From: a virus
Taxonomy: Duplodnaviria > Caudoviricetes
Virus record (IMG/VR): IMGVR_UViG_3300028833_000057
Span: 1 to 64,000 of that record
Reading direction: 5' to 3' (one strand)
DNA length: 64,000 bases
Shown here: piece after piece, positions 18,302 to 28,466 of the stretch
Numbering within the stretch: the stretch's first letter is position 1
How the letters are laid out: each line of letters opens with the position of its first letter
Notes under the pieces: generated by a model
The model's input: only the letters and a program-made list of their open reading frames with translations
Databases searched by the model: none
What the model was told of the DNA's origin: nothing
Position numbers and translations under genes: made by a program

Positions 18302-21300
18302 ATGGCACAACTTAATGACACTATGGTACAGGGAGATCTCCGGGTTACTGGAAAGATCTATGGTACCGATAATGCTATACACTTGGAAAATGCTAACTTA
18401 GCAATACCGATGCTTGGTAATGGTGATTATGTAGGAAGCTCCGGTGACTTTTTTATTGGCTCAGGTAGTGGAAAGAACCTACCAGATACTACAAATAATT
18501 TCAATATCCATACGACAGTAGCTCATTTTTCTGGAACAACTTATAGACTTTCTCAGATTGCTACACCAACATCGTCAAGTAATCCTACCGGAATATATGA
18601 ACGCGGTGGTGTGTCCACTGATGGTATCACATGGACTTTTGGTGGCTGGTTAGCCGTAGCGAATAGCAGTCATTCTCATGGTAATATTACTACTGATGGT
18701 AAAATAGGCTCAACGGCAAATTTACCAGTAGTTACAGGTACATCTGGTGCCGTTACTACTGGTTCATGGGCTACTTCTGCTGCTGATACAGGTTCGTCTA
18801 GTTCAGCAGGTACTGCGAATACATTCTCTAGAGGTGATCATACTCATAAGGTTGCTGTTGCTACTGGTGATTCTGCGGGTCAAGTAAAGATTGCTGGCCA
18901 AAATGCATCTGTAAATGGATGGGCAAATAAAGCAAATCTAGCATCTCCAACATTTACAGGAACACCCGCTGCTCCTACCGCAACTGCTGGAACAAACACT
19001 ACACAAATTGCTACTACTGCGTTTGTACAAACTGCAGTTGGAAATAAATTAAATAGCAGTGGCTTTGTATGCGGATATTGTAGTACTGCCGCAGGTACTG
19101 CACAAAAAGATGTAACTGCAACGAATTATTCTGCTAGCACTGGCAATGTGATAATGGTAAGATTTACCAATACTAATAGCGCTGCCGGTCAGATAAAATT
19201 AAATGCAGGTGGTAAGAATTACCCCATTGTATGGAACGGTACTTTAACCGCTTCTGGATCAACATATGCTCTTCCAGCAGGTACATGGCCCTGTTATTTT
19301 GATGGTGCATATTGGAATATATGGACAACGGGTGCATACCAATTCCAAAAAATATATGCCAAAGATATAGCTACTGATAATACTATCGTTGTTGGGTCTA
19401 CATCTCCTACATATACTGAACTACGTGATAAGTTGTGGAATGGTCAAGTTACTACATATTATGCTAGGACTCTTATAGGGGCATCTTCAGAAATACTATA
19501 TATGCCTTTATTACATATGCCTAATAGTAGCTCTATGGATGTTGGAACTATTGGATTCGGTACATTACATAATGGCATATTCTTTTATGCTACTTACGGT
19601 GTAGGTAATGTCTGGTCATCCAATACAATTAACATACTATCTCCTAGTAGCATTGAAGCCGGTACTGATATAACGGTTAGCACTTTTGGTGGTACCGTTA
19701 CTATTGGCGTTGATACTACTGGAACTGCTTCTGGTACTAATGCCTTTGTAGAAGGAAATGGTACCCAAGCATCAGGTAATTATTCTCATGCCGAAGGCGA
19801 ATCATCTAAAGCTACTCAATCAACAGCGCATGCTGAAGGATATAATACTACAGCCAGTGGATATAATGCTCACGCTGAAGGAAATGGTACTACAGCATCT
19901 TCTGGTTCTACTCATGCTGAAGGAAATGGTACTAAGGCTACTTCAGATAGTGCTCATGCTGAAGGTAGAGCTAGTGAAGCAAACGGTGCGCATTCACATG
20001 CCGAGGGATATAGCACTAAAGCCAATGGTATTGGATCGCATGCTGAAGGCTCTTTAACTAAAACTTTTGGAGTCTCTGCTCATTCTGAAGGTGGTGGAAC
20101 TGCTGCCGTTGGTAAAGACTCTCATGCCGAGGGTCTAAATAGTACTGATGCATGTAAAGTAGGTACTTTAAGTGAAGCCCATACAAGCCAAAGTTCTAAT
20201 ACATGGCATATAAATGGCGTAAATGTATCAACTACTGATGTATTAGTTATACCTACTAGTAATGGTAATAAATTTATTAGCGGTATTCTAGATATATTAG
20301 GTGGAGAGATTGTAACTAAAAAGGATCTAAATGAAACGGTTGCTGCTGGCACTAGTATAATTGTCATATCACAAGGATCTGCTGGAGATTATTCTCACTC
20401 CGAAGGTAAATATACATTTGCCTATGGAGAAGAAAGCCATGCTGAGGGTTATAATACTAAAGCCATAGGGAATAATAGTCATGCTGAAGGAGAGTTAACA
20501 CAAGCAACGGAAATAGGTTCTCATGCCGAAGGTTATAATTCCGCTGCACATGGCGATTATTCTCATGCTGAAGGCAATAATACATATGCTAATGGCAAAT
20601 CTAGTCATTCTGAAGGTAAAAATACGTGGGCAAACTATGAAGCATCACATGCTGAAGGTCAGGCTTCATATGCAAACAATATAGCTAGCCATGCTGAAGG
20701 TGACAGTACATATGCTAATGGTTTATCTAGCCATTCAGAAGGTAAAAATACAAGTGCAAATGCTGCGTATTCACATGCTGAAGGTCAAGATACTGTTGCC
20801 TCAGAAGCTTGTTCTCATGCAGAAGGTTACAGTACTGGCGCACATGGTAATAATGCACATACTGAAGGCTATAAAACTTTGGCTACATCGTCTGCCGCTC
20901 ATGCAGAAGGATCTGAAACTTCCGCATATTTCGATAGCTCACATGCAGAAGGACGTAGTAGCGTATGTCATGCCCAGCAATCTCATGCTGAAGGTTTTTC
21001 CACTATAGCTGCTGCAGCATCTGCACACTCTGAAGGTTCTTATTCAACCACAGTAGGGGTATCATCTCATGCTGAGGGTGGAGTGACAATTGCTGGTGGT
21101 AAAGATGCGCATGCTGAAGGTTTTAATAATGATGTTTTAACTACTAAAACGAAAGCAGCATCTAGTTCTGGAATAACCACAATAGACGTTGAAACTGTAA
21201 CTGGTATTCCAACAGGCATGCCATGGGTAGTTATTCCTAACATACACTTCTGTTCTAGATTAAAAAGAACAATGGGAACAGGCGGTAAAACCTTAGAGCT

Positions 21301-22414
21301 TTATGATTCATTACCAGATGATGTAGACACTAATAGCACCGTTATAATTACAAATAGTGGTGCATTTGGGCAAGCTTCTCATACGGAAGGCCTTAGCACT
21401 AGAGCCGATGATGAAGCTATGCATGCTGCTGGTAAGTATAATGCTACTTTTTCCGGTCTAGCACGTGTTACTGGTTGGGGTACACTTTCAATTCGTAAAG
21501 ATATTGAAAAATTAGATACATCCGGTAATCTCACTCTTGCAGGTAATATTTATGCTAATGGTAATCAGCAAGTAAGTGTATCAGGTCATACACATTCTGC
21601 AAGTAATATTACTTCAGGTACATTTGCTACAGCTAGAATTCCAGATCTGTCTGCTAATAAGATTACAGCAGGTAAATTCCAAGGTAAAGTAACACTGCTT
21701 GCAGATCAATATAATGATAGTCTTACTGCCGGTGCATTAGATGCAAATAATAGTAATATTGTAAAAGTAAACGCTATTTATACTGCAGATACATCTGATA
21801 ATGCATCTGAAGGTATCCATTTCTATAGAGATTCTACGCATGTTGATACTCTATGGATGAATGGTGGAAAATTATTATTTGTACCAAATAGAGCTATAGG
21901 CACAAGTACTAGTGTTGCAGATAGTAATAGAGTACTATATGCTTCATCTGGTAGTAATCCATTTATAACTGCCAATTCAGATGGTGTAGTTTCCAGATGG
22001 ACTGCTGCAGAGTTTATGGGTAATAATGGCCTTAGGATGGGATATAGCACAACTGATCCTGAAGCTAGTACCACCAAGGCTTGTAGTATGATAATATTCA
22101 GATCCGCTGGAGACCATACCATTAATGTAAAAAGTCTACAGGTTGGTAGAGTTTACTTTGTAGGTGTTGGTAAAGGCTGTTTCAGTGGAGCTAATGGATC
22201 TGAGGTTTCTATAAAGCTTTATAATGATTACGGTGCAAATGTTAATTTGTATGTTACTGAAAGTAGTACTGGCACTGTAGTTTTACAAAATACCAGGAGT
22301 TATATTTTGGGAGCTTTTAGAAGTCCGGCAGATAATTATTATTTTGGATATACATTTATTATAGCTAGAGAATCTAATGATGGCATTAATATCCTTGCAG
22401 CAGGTTATAATTAA
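18302..22414 (+). CDS. Tail-fibre segment G with ~30 HAEG (YadA-head-like) repeats
   Basis: 14-aa SHAEGxxTxAxGxx repeats in three blocks; ASPTFTGTP motif; HxH metal-site motifs. Confidence 0.85.
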   Translation: MAQLNDTMVQGDLRVTGKIYGTDNAIHLENANLAIPMLGNGDYVGSSGDFFIGSGSGKNLPDTTNNFNIHTTVAHFSGTTYRLSQIATPTSSSNPTGIYERGGVSTDGITWTFGGWLAVANSSHSHGNITTDGKIGSTANLPVVTGTSGAVTTGSWATSAADTGSSSSAGTANTFSRGDHTHKVAVATGDSAGQVKIAGQNASVNGWANKANLASPTFTGTPAAPTATAGTNTTQIATTAFVQTAVGNKLNSSGFVCGYCSTAAGTAQKDVTATNYSASTGNVIMVRFTNTNSAAGQIKLNAGGKNYPIVWNGTLTASGSTYALPAGTWPCYFDGAYWNIWTTGAYQFQKIYAKDIATDNTIVVGSTSPTYTELRDKLWNGQVTTYYARTLIGASSEILYMPLLHMPNSSSMDVGTIGFGTLHNGIFFYATYGVGNVWSSNTINILSPSSIEAGTDITVSTFGGTVTIGVDTTGTASGTNAFVEGNGTQASGNYSHAEGESSKATQSTAHAEGYNTTASGYNAHAEGNGTTASSGSTHAEGNGTKATSDSAHAEGRASEANGAHSHAEGYSTKANGIGSHAEGSLTKTFGVSAHSEGGGTAAVGKDSHAEGLNSTDACKVGTLSEAHTSQSSNTWHINGVNVSTTDVLVIPTSNGNKFISGILDILGGEIVTKKDLNETVAAGTSIIVISQGSAGDYSHSEGKYTFAYGEESHAEGYNTKAIGNNSHAEGELTQATEIGSHAEGYNSAAHGDYSHAEGNNTYANGKSSHSEGKNTWANYEASHAEGQASYANNIASHAEGDSTYANGLSSHSEGKNTSANAAYSHAEGQDTVASEACSHAEGYSTGAHGNNAHTEGYKTLATSSAAHAEGSETSAYFDSSHAEGRSSVCHAQQSHAEGFSTIAAAASAHSEGSYSTTVGVSSHAEGGVTIAGGKDAHAEGFNNDVLTTKTKAASSSGITTIDVETVTGIPTGMPWVVIPNIHFCSRLKRTMGTGGKTLELYDSLPDDVDTNSTVIITNSGAFGQASHTEGLSTRADDEAMHAAGKYNATFSGLARVTGWGTLSIRKDIEKLDTSGNLTLAGNIYANGNQQVSVSGHTHSASNITSGTFATARIPDLSANKITAGKFQGKVTLLADQYNDSLTAGALDANNSNIVKVNAIYTADTSDNASEGIHFYRDSTHVDTLWMNGGKLLFVPNRAIGTSTSVADSNRVLYASSGSNPFITANSDGVVSRWTAAEFMGNNGLRMGYSTTDPEASTTKACSMIIFRSAGDHTINVKSLQVGRVYFVGVGKGCFSGANGSEVSIKLYNDYGANVNLYVTESSTGTVVLQNTRSYILGAFRSPADNYYFGYTFIIARESNDGINILAAGYN
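19735..21440 (+). repeat. 42-bp-period coding repeat (HAEG beta-roll)
   Basis: Recurring catgctgaagg at 42-nt spacing, interrupted twice by ~80-aa inserts. Confidence 0.85.
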
Positions 22415-23118
22415 TGAAAATAGTAATAATATCAAAGGATCAACCTAAATTTATTGATGCTATTGAAGAGAAAGTATCTAATTTTGATCATATCTTTGTA
22501 ATAGATCGTCCTACAGTAGAATACCGTATCCCTAAAAATTCTATTATGAATTTTGCAGGAGAAGGTTTTCTTGCTGGAAGAATGAGAGATATGGGAGCAT
22601 CCCTATTTGGAAATGATGATATTTTATTTCTAGATGGGGATAAAGCCCCTATTGGCGAAGATTTATCTTTTTTAGATACTTTACCTTATGATTGCATAGT
22701 CTTACCATGTGAAAATGATAGATATAGAGATGAAGGATATTTTAAAGAAGAAGTAGGAGCTATTCCTAATAATAATGATTATAATACTAACTTTAAGAAT
22801 CCTTTTTTTACATGTGGTATTCTTTATAGAAAAAAACTTGTAGAGAAACTCAGAGAAATTAATGGTGGTAGAATATTTAACTCAGTTTTTGATGGAAATT
22901 GGGGAGAAGAAGATCGTTGGAATGGCGATATCATCAATTTTCTTGGTTTTTCTGCAGGTTATACTACAAAAATAAAATTATCTGGCATAGTTGATGGCTG
23001 TGATTTAGAAAATTGTATAGCTGCTAAAAATGTTACAGACAGACATGTACAATATGCCATAAATTCTATGAAACGTATGAATCTACGAAAGAAATATTTT
23101 GGAGACTTCTGTAAATGA
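22414..23118 (+). CDS. GT-A fold glycosyltransferase (GT2/GT7-like)
   Basis: AGRMRDMG, ILFLDGD (DxD), WGEED; TAATG coupling to the fibre gene. Confidence 0.75.
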   Translation: MKIVIISKDQPKFIDAIEEKVSNFDHIFVIDRPTVEYRIPKNSIMNFAGEGFLAGRMRDMGASLFGNDDILFLDGDKAPIGEDLSFLDTLPYDCIVLPCENDRYRDEGYFKEEVGAIPNNNDYNTNFKNPFFTCGILYRKKLVEKLREINGGRIFNSVFDGNWGEEDRWNGDIINFLGFSAGYTTKIKLSGIVDGCDLENCIAAKNVTDRHVQYAINSMKRMNLRKKYFGDFCK

Positions 23119-24113
23119 AGAATTTTTCACCCGAAGAATTTTTAAAATCATTTAATTTTACTGACAAAGATACAAGTTTATTTTATATAGCATACATTTG
23201 TGAAAGTTTGTTATCACATCCAATGTATCAGAAAGTAGCAAATCTTATTACAGATATAAAAGAAGCAGCTATAGATAACATGGATACTGTATATAACTTT
23301 ATGGCTAAATATAATTCTATTAAAGGTAAGATTTTTGCAAATTATCCTCTATTTGATATACCCGTAATAGATAAATGTAATTTAAATTGTGCAAGTTGCA
23401 ATCATTTTGCTCCGTTAGCTTCTGATGCTGAAATTCCAGATATAGATGATTTACATGCATCTATGACTATTTTAAAGGAACAGTATAATCTACCTTGCAG
23501 GTCTATAAATATAACTGGCGGGGAACCACTCCTTAGAGATGATATATGTGATATTATTTATATGGTAAGGGATATATTTTCTAATTATAGACGCAATCTA
23601 TCATCTAATTTAATTCTTTATCCCATATACAGAGAAAAAATTATAAAAGCTATAATTGAGACAAAGTCTAGTATTTATTATTCTGCATATAAAGATATAA
23701 ATAAGGATCAAATAGATATTCTTAAAAATGATGCAAAAGAGTTTAATTTTAAAGCTATTTGCACACATAATAAAAACGATGGATTTGAGCTTTCTAATAT
23801 AAGTATTACAGAGAAAGATTACTTCCAAAATAAAAATGAATGTAATACTGCAGGTTGCTTAACATTAATAGGAAAATATCTTTATTTATGTCCTATTATA
23901 GCATATATCAAATATCCTAATGCTAAATTTAATTTAGATTATAAAATATCTAGATTTGATAGAATTAATTTAGAGGATATAGAAACACCCGAAGAAATTC
24001 TTGTATTTATGAATCTTGCTTCACCATTCTGTGGACATTGTAGGATAAATAGCTTCAATACTATGGAATGGAGTAAGAGTACACTTGAGAAATCTGAGTG
24101 GTTCCAGGATTAG
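23115..24113 (+). CDS. Radical SAM protein with C-terminal Cys cluster (twitch/SPASM-like)
   Basis: CNLNCASCNHF, GGEPLL, C...C...CP...CGHC; ATGA overlap with the GT. Confidence 0.85.
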   Translation: MKNFSPEEFLKSFNFTDKDTSLFYIAYICESLLSHPMYQKVANLITDIKEAAIDNMDTVYNFMAKYNSIKGKIFANYPLFDIPVIDKCNLNCASCNHFAPLASDAEIPDIDDLHASMTILKEQYNLPCRSINITGGEPLLRDDICDIIYMVRDIFSNYRRNLSSNLILYPIYREKIIKAIIETKSSIYYSAYKDINKDQIDILKNDAKEFNFKAICTHNKNDGFELSNISITEKDYFQNKNECNTAGCLTLIGKYLYLCPIIAYIKYPNAKFNLDYKISRFDRINLEDIETPEEILVFMNLASPFCGHCRINSFNTMEWSKSTLEKSEWFQD

Positions 24114-24122
24114 TTATAATTT

Positions 24123-24157
24123 ATATAGTCAATAGGGGAACACCCTATTGGCTGTAT
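24123..24157 (+). terminator. Hairpin containing late motif AACACCCTATTG (24139-24150)
   Basis: atatagtcaataggg/ccctattggctgtat. Confidence 0.6.
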
Positions 24158-24184
24158 ATTTAACACTTTTCGAAAAGGTAATTT

Positions 24185-26782
24185 ATGAGCTCAGAAATAG
24201 ATAAAATCAGAATTATCGACCTCGAATCTGGCGATAGCTCTGTAAATATTACAGATGCTAGCCATGTTATGATGGTCGATAGTCAGAGTACTGGTTCTAA
24301 GAAACTTTCTATGAATGTACTTCTTGATAAGATTCTTGCATTTGCTAAGTCAAATACTTCAAGAATTTTACCGGATGCTACAGAAAATAAGTATCTTGGA
24401 ACTAATGAAAATAATGTAATCACTTGGAAGGATCTTCCTACACAGGTTAAGCCTGACTGGAATGCTTCTGAATCTTCGGCTGCCGGTATTTTAAATAAGC
24501 CTAGAATGTCCGAATATGCTACTGTTGAAGCAATGAATGCGTCTGATGCAAATCTTGCATCTAGCATTGAATCCGAAGCTACTGATAGAGTTAATGCCGT
24601 TCAGGAAGTTGCTACTAGTGTTTCTCAGGAAGCAACTGCTAGAAGCTCTGCAGATACTATCCTTCAGGGTAATATAGATGCTGAAGCAACTGCCAGAAAC
24701 TCTGCAGATACTACTCTTCAGGATAATATAGATGCTGAAGAGACTAGAGCTACTGCTGCTGAAGGTGCATTAGATACTGCAATTCAGGGTGTCAGTGCTA
24801 ATGTTAATAAGCTTGTTTACGCTTGGGTCTTCAAGGGTAAGAAGTCTCCAACCGAATTAAGCAAACTTACTGATAAGAGAAGCGGTGATGTTTACGAAGT
24901 CACTGTTAATGGTACTATTGGTAACTATGCTGTTAAGGCTGGTGACGTTGTTGCTTACTTTGAATCTAGCTGGATTCATGTTTCTCATGCGATCGTTGCT
25001 CAGGTTCAGTGTGATTGGAATCAGACCGATACTGAAGCTGCAGACTACATTAAGAATAAGCCAGAAAATCTTGTGCAAGATGCTAATTATGTGCATACTG
25101 ACAATAACTACACTAATGCTGATAAGACATTAGTTGCTGGTGCTGCTCAAGAAGCAAGTCTTCCTGCAGTTGCTAGAACTGGCAGCTATAATGATCTTAC
25201 AGATAAGCCGACAATTCCTGCGGCTCAGGTAAATGCCGACTGGACAGCTAATTCTGGCGTATCCCAGATTTTAAATAAGCCCAGCCTAGCTACTGTGGCT
25301 ACTTCCGGCAGTTATAATGATCTTCAGAACAAGCCGACAATTCCTGCTGCTCAGGTTAATGCTGATTGGTCATCTAATTCTGGTGTGTCTCAGATCCTTA
25401 ACAAGCCAGCAAATCTTGTTCAGGATGCAAACTATACACATACCGATAATAACTATACAGATACTGATAAGGGCTTAGTTGCTGGTGCTGCTCAAGCTTC
25501 ATCGCTTGCTACAGTTGCAACCTCTGGTAGTTACACTGATCTTACTAATAAGCCGACAATTCCTGCGGCTCAGGTTAATGCTGACTGGAGTTCTAACTCT
25601 GGCGTATCTCAGATTCTGAACAAACCAGATCTTAAGACAGTTGCTACATCTGGAAACTACGAAGATCTAACCAATAAGCCTTCAATTCCTGAAGAATTCA
25701 ATTATACTTCAAATAGCTCTGGTCTATTTATTCGTAATTCTACTACTCAGTTATCTGATAAACGTGAAGTATGCGTTAATACTAGTGCTATTGCTCCAGA
25801 TATGGCTAAAGAGTTAGCCGGAGAGTACTTAGAAGTATCTAATTCTAATCAACTTGAAGTAGACTTACAAGCACTTGGAGAGGATCTTGCTGGTTCAGGT
25901 CTTTATGCTAGTAGCAGCGGTGCATTATATCCTGCTTGTGATGGCAAAACAATTGACGTTGTAGGGTATACCGACCCTCTACTTGCAGTTTTACATCCAG
26001 TGCCTGATCCTGATGGTGAGACTGGAAAGGTGCTTACAGTTAAGAACGAAGATAATACAGATAAAATAGTTTGGGACAACATAAATACTGTTCCAGATGT
26101 GTCTAGTGGTAATGAAGGTGATGTTCTAACGATAGATAATGGATCAGTTGCATGGGTTGCACCTTCTGGAGGCGGTGGTGGTGGAAACCCTTATACTAAG
26201 GTGTCTGTAACTCCAGGAGATTGCTATCTTAACGGACAAACTTCAGATTATGGATATGACTTATATGACCAAGATGTAACGATCTCAAATAACACATATT
26301 CCGTGCTGTCTAGCCCCATCGGCTGGTATCCTGAGTGGTATGACGATCCGGTAGAACAAGAAGGATGGCATCCCAAACATAATCTAGATAATCTAGTCAT
26401 TAAATTACCTGATAATACGTCATTCCCAATGGCAGTTGTGGAATTCACTGTCCAGGATAGCGATGATTATTCTCTGCAAGGTTGCGTAAACAATGTTAAG
26501 GTAAAGGTTGGAAATACCGAACTTACTAGGATGTATTCTGCCCCATACAATCCGAATGCGCTATTGCTAAGCGGCGAGAATAATGACGAATTTGAATACT
26601 GGAAATTGGCGACAGAGGAAAATCACGGTAATCCTTATTACAGAATAGAACGAGTAATGTCTGCTAATAAAGGAACCGATATCTCAGCCTTTGTACATGG
26701 TACAAAAGTACAAGTCCAAATTTTTGGTTCTTGTTTTAATGTAACCATGAGCCAAGCCTGTGGTGAACCCTCTGCCTCATAA
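24185..26782 (+). CDS. Second tail-fibre protein with internal repeats
   Basis: Coiled coil EATAR..AD..LQ.NI; repeats VATSGSY.DL..KP and QVNADW..NSGVSQILNKP; G.VLT....W and GGGGGG linker. Confidence 0.8.
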   Translation: MSSEIDKIRIIDLESGDSSVNITDASHVMMVDSQSTGSKKLSMNVLLDKILAFAKSNTSRILPDATENKYLGTNENNVITWKDLPTQVKPDWNASESSAAGILNKPRMSEYATVEAMNASDANLASSIESEATDRVNAVQEVATSVSQEATARSSADTILQGNIDAEATARNSADTTLQDNIDAEETRATAAEGALDTAIQGVSANVNKLVYAWVFKGKKSPTELSKLTDKRSGDVYEVTVNGTIGNYAVKAGDVVAYFESSWIHVSHAIVAQVQCDWNQTDTEAADYIKNKPENLVQDANYVHTDNNYTNADKTLVAGAAQEASLPAVARTGSYNDLTDKPTIPAAQVNADWTANSGVSQILNKPSLATVATSGSYNDLQNKPTIPAAQVNADWSSNSGVSQILNKPANLVQDANYTHTDNNYTDTDKGLVAGAAQASSLATVATSGSYTDLTNKPTIPAAQVNADWSSNSGVSQILNKPDLKTVATSGNYEDLTNKPSIPEEFNYTSNSSGLFIRNSTTQLSDKREVCVNTSAIAPDMAKELAGEYLEVSNSNQLEVDLQALGEDLAGSGLYASSSGALYPACDGKTIDVVGYTDPLLAVLHPVPDPDGETGKVLTVKNEDNTDKIVWDNINTVPDVSSGNEGDVLTIDNGSVAWVAPSGGGGGGNPYTKVSVTPGDCYLNGQTSDYGYDLYDQDVTISNNTYSVLSSPIGWYPEWYDDPVEQEGWHPKHNLDNLVIKLPDNTSFPMAVVEFTVQDSDDYSLQGCVNNVKVKVGNTELTRMYSAPYNPNALLLSGENNDEFEYWKLATEENHGNPYYRIERVMSANKGTDISAFVHGTKVQVQIFGSCFNVTMSQACGEPSAS
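24995..25690 (+). repeat. Internal coding tandem repeats of fibre 2
   Basis: aagccgacaattcctgc(g/t)gctcaggt x3; NLVQDANY.HTDNNYT x2. Confidence 0.85.
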
Positions 26783-26791
26783 ATAAATCAT

Positions 26792-26823
26792 AAAATTATG
26801 CTAACCGAAGTTAGCATAATTTT
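26792..26823 (+). terminator. Intrinsic terminator
   Basis: aaaattatgctaac-cgaa-gttagcataatttt. Confidence 0.8.
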
Positions 26824-26861
26824 ATTTATTTGAACTGATAAATAGTATAGGAACCCGCCAT

Positions 26862-28433
26862 ATGAACAAAAAATACACTATTATCTCTTTCTGTTTCGGC
26901 AACTATGATATCTTGCGCGAGCCTATCGAGATAGACCCGAATGCCGAGTATATCTTTGTTACAGACAAGCTCGTTCCTTCAAATAAATGGAAAGTAGTCG
27001 TAGATCCTGATCTAGCTGGAAAAGATCCGCTTTATGCGTCTTACTATGTAAGGCATCATCCGTTTAAGTATGCCAATACTGAAATTGTAGCCACTGTTGA
27101 TGCGTCTGTACAAATCAAAAGCTCTCTGCATCCGATTATAGAAGCCTTTGACAAGTCTGGCTCGGATTATTCTCTTATTAGCGCAATATACAAAACAGAC
27201 GAGCACAAGATTTCTGAATGGCAACGGAAATTTCCGGGCCGGTTATCCGAGCATGATATAAACGCCCTTAATGCCTTCATCAAGAAATTTGACCAAGAGA
27301 ATTGGCAAGGGGCTGTTGGCCAAGCCTTCAATATTTACAGGGATTCTCCGTTAATGCGAAAATTCTCTAAACATGTCTGGAGATACATCCTTGCACTGGG
27401 AGAAAATGGAAGACCAGTTAGAATTGATGAGATCGTAGTACATAAGCTACTAGCTAGATATGAAGATCTAAAATTATTCATGACTAGCTTGCAGATTATA
27501 CAGTCAGAGTATATGGTCTATTGCGCGCATCGTTCTACACAACCGAGAATGTCATACCATAATTACGACCAGTATTACTATCTCTGTGGAAAGCCTGTTT
27601 ATCCTCACAGGTTTGACAAGCGAATCATCTTTCCGACGTCTTATAGATACAAAACCGAAGCTATGCTTTTGACCAAGTATCTCAATCCAGTAGATCTTCA
27701 TGAATGGCTTGATCATCACCTTAATGTATGCAAATTTGATCAGGTACACGTATTCGACAATGAGTCTAATTATGATATTAGATCTGTTTGCGATGAATAC
27801 AGTGGAAAGGTTACCTACGAGCTTGTAGAAGGACAGGCATACCAGTACCGTCTATATGATTCATACCTAGAAAGTCGTTCTAATGCAGAATGGGTAATTC
27901 CGCTGGATGACGATGAATATCTAGATATCGGCGAATTTGCGTCCATCTATGATGGGGTAATGTATTATAGAAACAAATTCCCTCACATGGATATGCTTGC
28001 AATTCGTTGGAAACATTTGTTTCCTAAGAAATTCCATTCTGAACGTACCGGAAAAGTCTTGGAGTACTGTACAGAAGAGAACCCAGAGCTTGCAAAGAAG
28101 TTCATGTGGATCGGCGATGGTACTGTAAAGACTATCGTAAGACGCTATGGCAAGATTCATTATGAAGAAACATGGGAAAATCCGTGTGGCGGCCATGTTC
28201 CTAAAAATTCTGTATTTTATGGTGCAATGCTATGTGACAACAGAATTATTTTAGGGGTAGGTATACCTGACTGTCCTTATAAATTAAATGATGAACGTAT
28301 GCGAATTTTACATTGTCGTTATAAAGGATACTCAGATTATATTAATAAAATGAAAGAAGAAGTAACAGTGTCTGATAGTATTCCAAGAAAGAAACACTGG
28401 AAATTTGACGAAATTCTACCTTCTTTAGATTAA
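26862..28433 (+). CDS. Two-domain glycosyltransferase (DUF616-like plus GT2/GT92-like)
   Basis: FGNYDIL.EP, FVTD, VDAS.QI; then EWLDHH, FDNES, WVIPLDDDEYL, K.IVR; late motif at 26833-26844. Confidence 0.75.
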   Translation: MNKKYTIISFCFGNYDILREPIEIDPNAEYIFVTDKLVPSNKWKVVVDPDLAGKDPLYASYYVRHHPFKYANTEIVATVDASVQIKSSLHPIIEAFDKSGSDYSLISAIYKTDEHKISEWQRKFPGRLSEHDINALNAFIKKFDQENWQGAVGQAFNIYRDSPLMRKFSKHVWRYILALGENGRPVRIDEIVVHKLLARYEDLKLFMTSLQIIQSEYMVYCAHRSTQPRMSYHNYDQYYYLCGKPVYPHRFDKRIIFPTSYRYKTEAMLLTKYLNPVDLHEWLDHHLNVCKFDQVHVFDNESNYDIRSVCDEYSGKVTYELVEGQAYQYRLYDSYLESRSNAEWVIPLDDDEYLDIGEFASIYDGVMYYRNKFPHMDMLAIRWKHLFPKKFHSERTGKVLEYCTEENPELAKKFMWIGDGTVKTIVRRYGKIHYEETWENPCGGHVPKNSVFYGAMLCDNRIILGVGIPDCPYKLNDERMRILHCRYKGYSDYINKMKEEVTVSDSIPRKKHWKFDEILPSLD

Positions 28434-28466
28434 AAACATTATTATGTATAATTATAAGGATATTAT

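Noticed and set aside
19735-21440. Regularly spaced catgctgaagg repeats as a CRISPR array
   Set aside because: In-frame 42-nt coding repeats with synonymous variation; no cas genes or leader
10171-26782. Diversity-generating retroelement or invertase shufflon acting on the fibre genes
   Set aside because: No reverse transcriptase or recombinase in the window, no adenine-specific TR/VR pair, all fibre genes on the same strand
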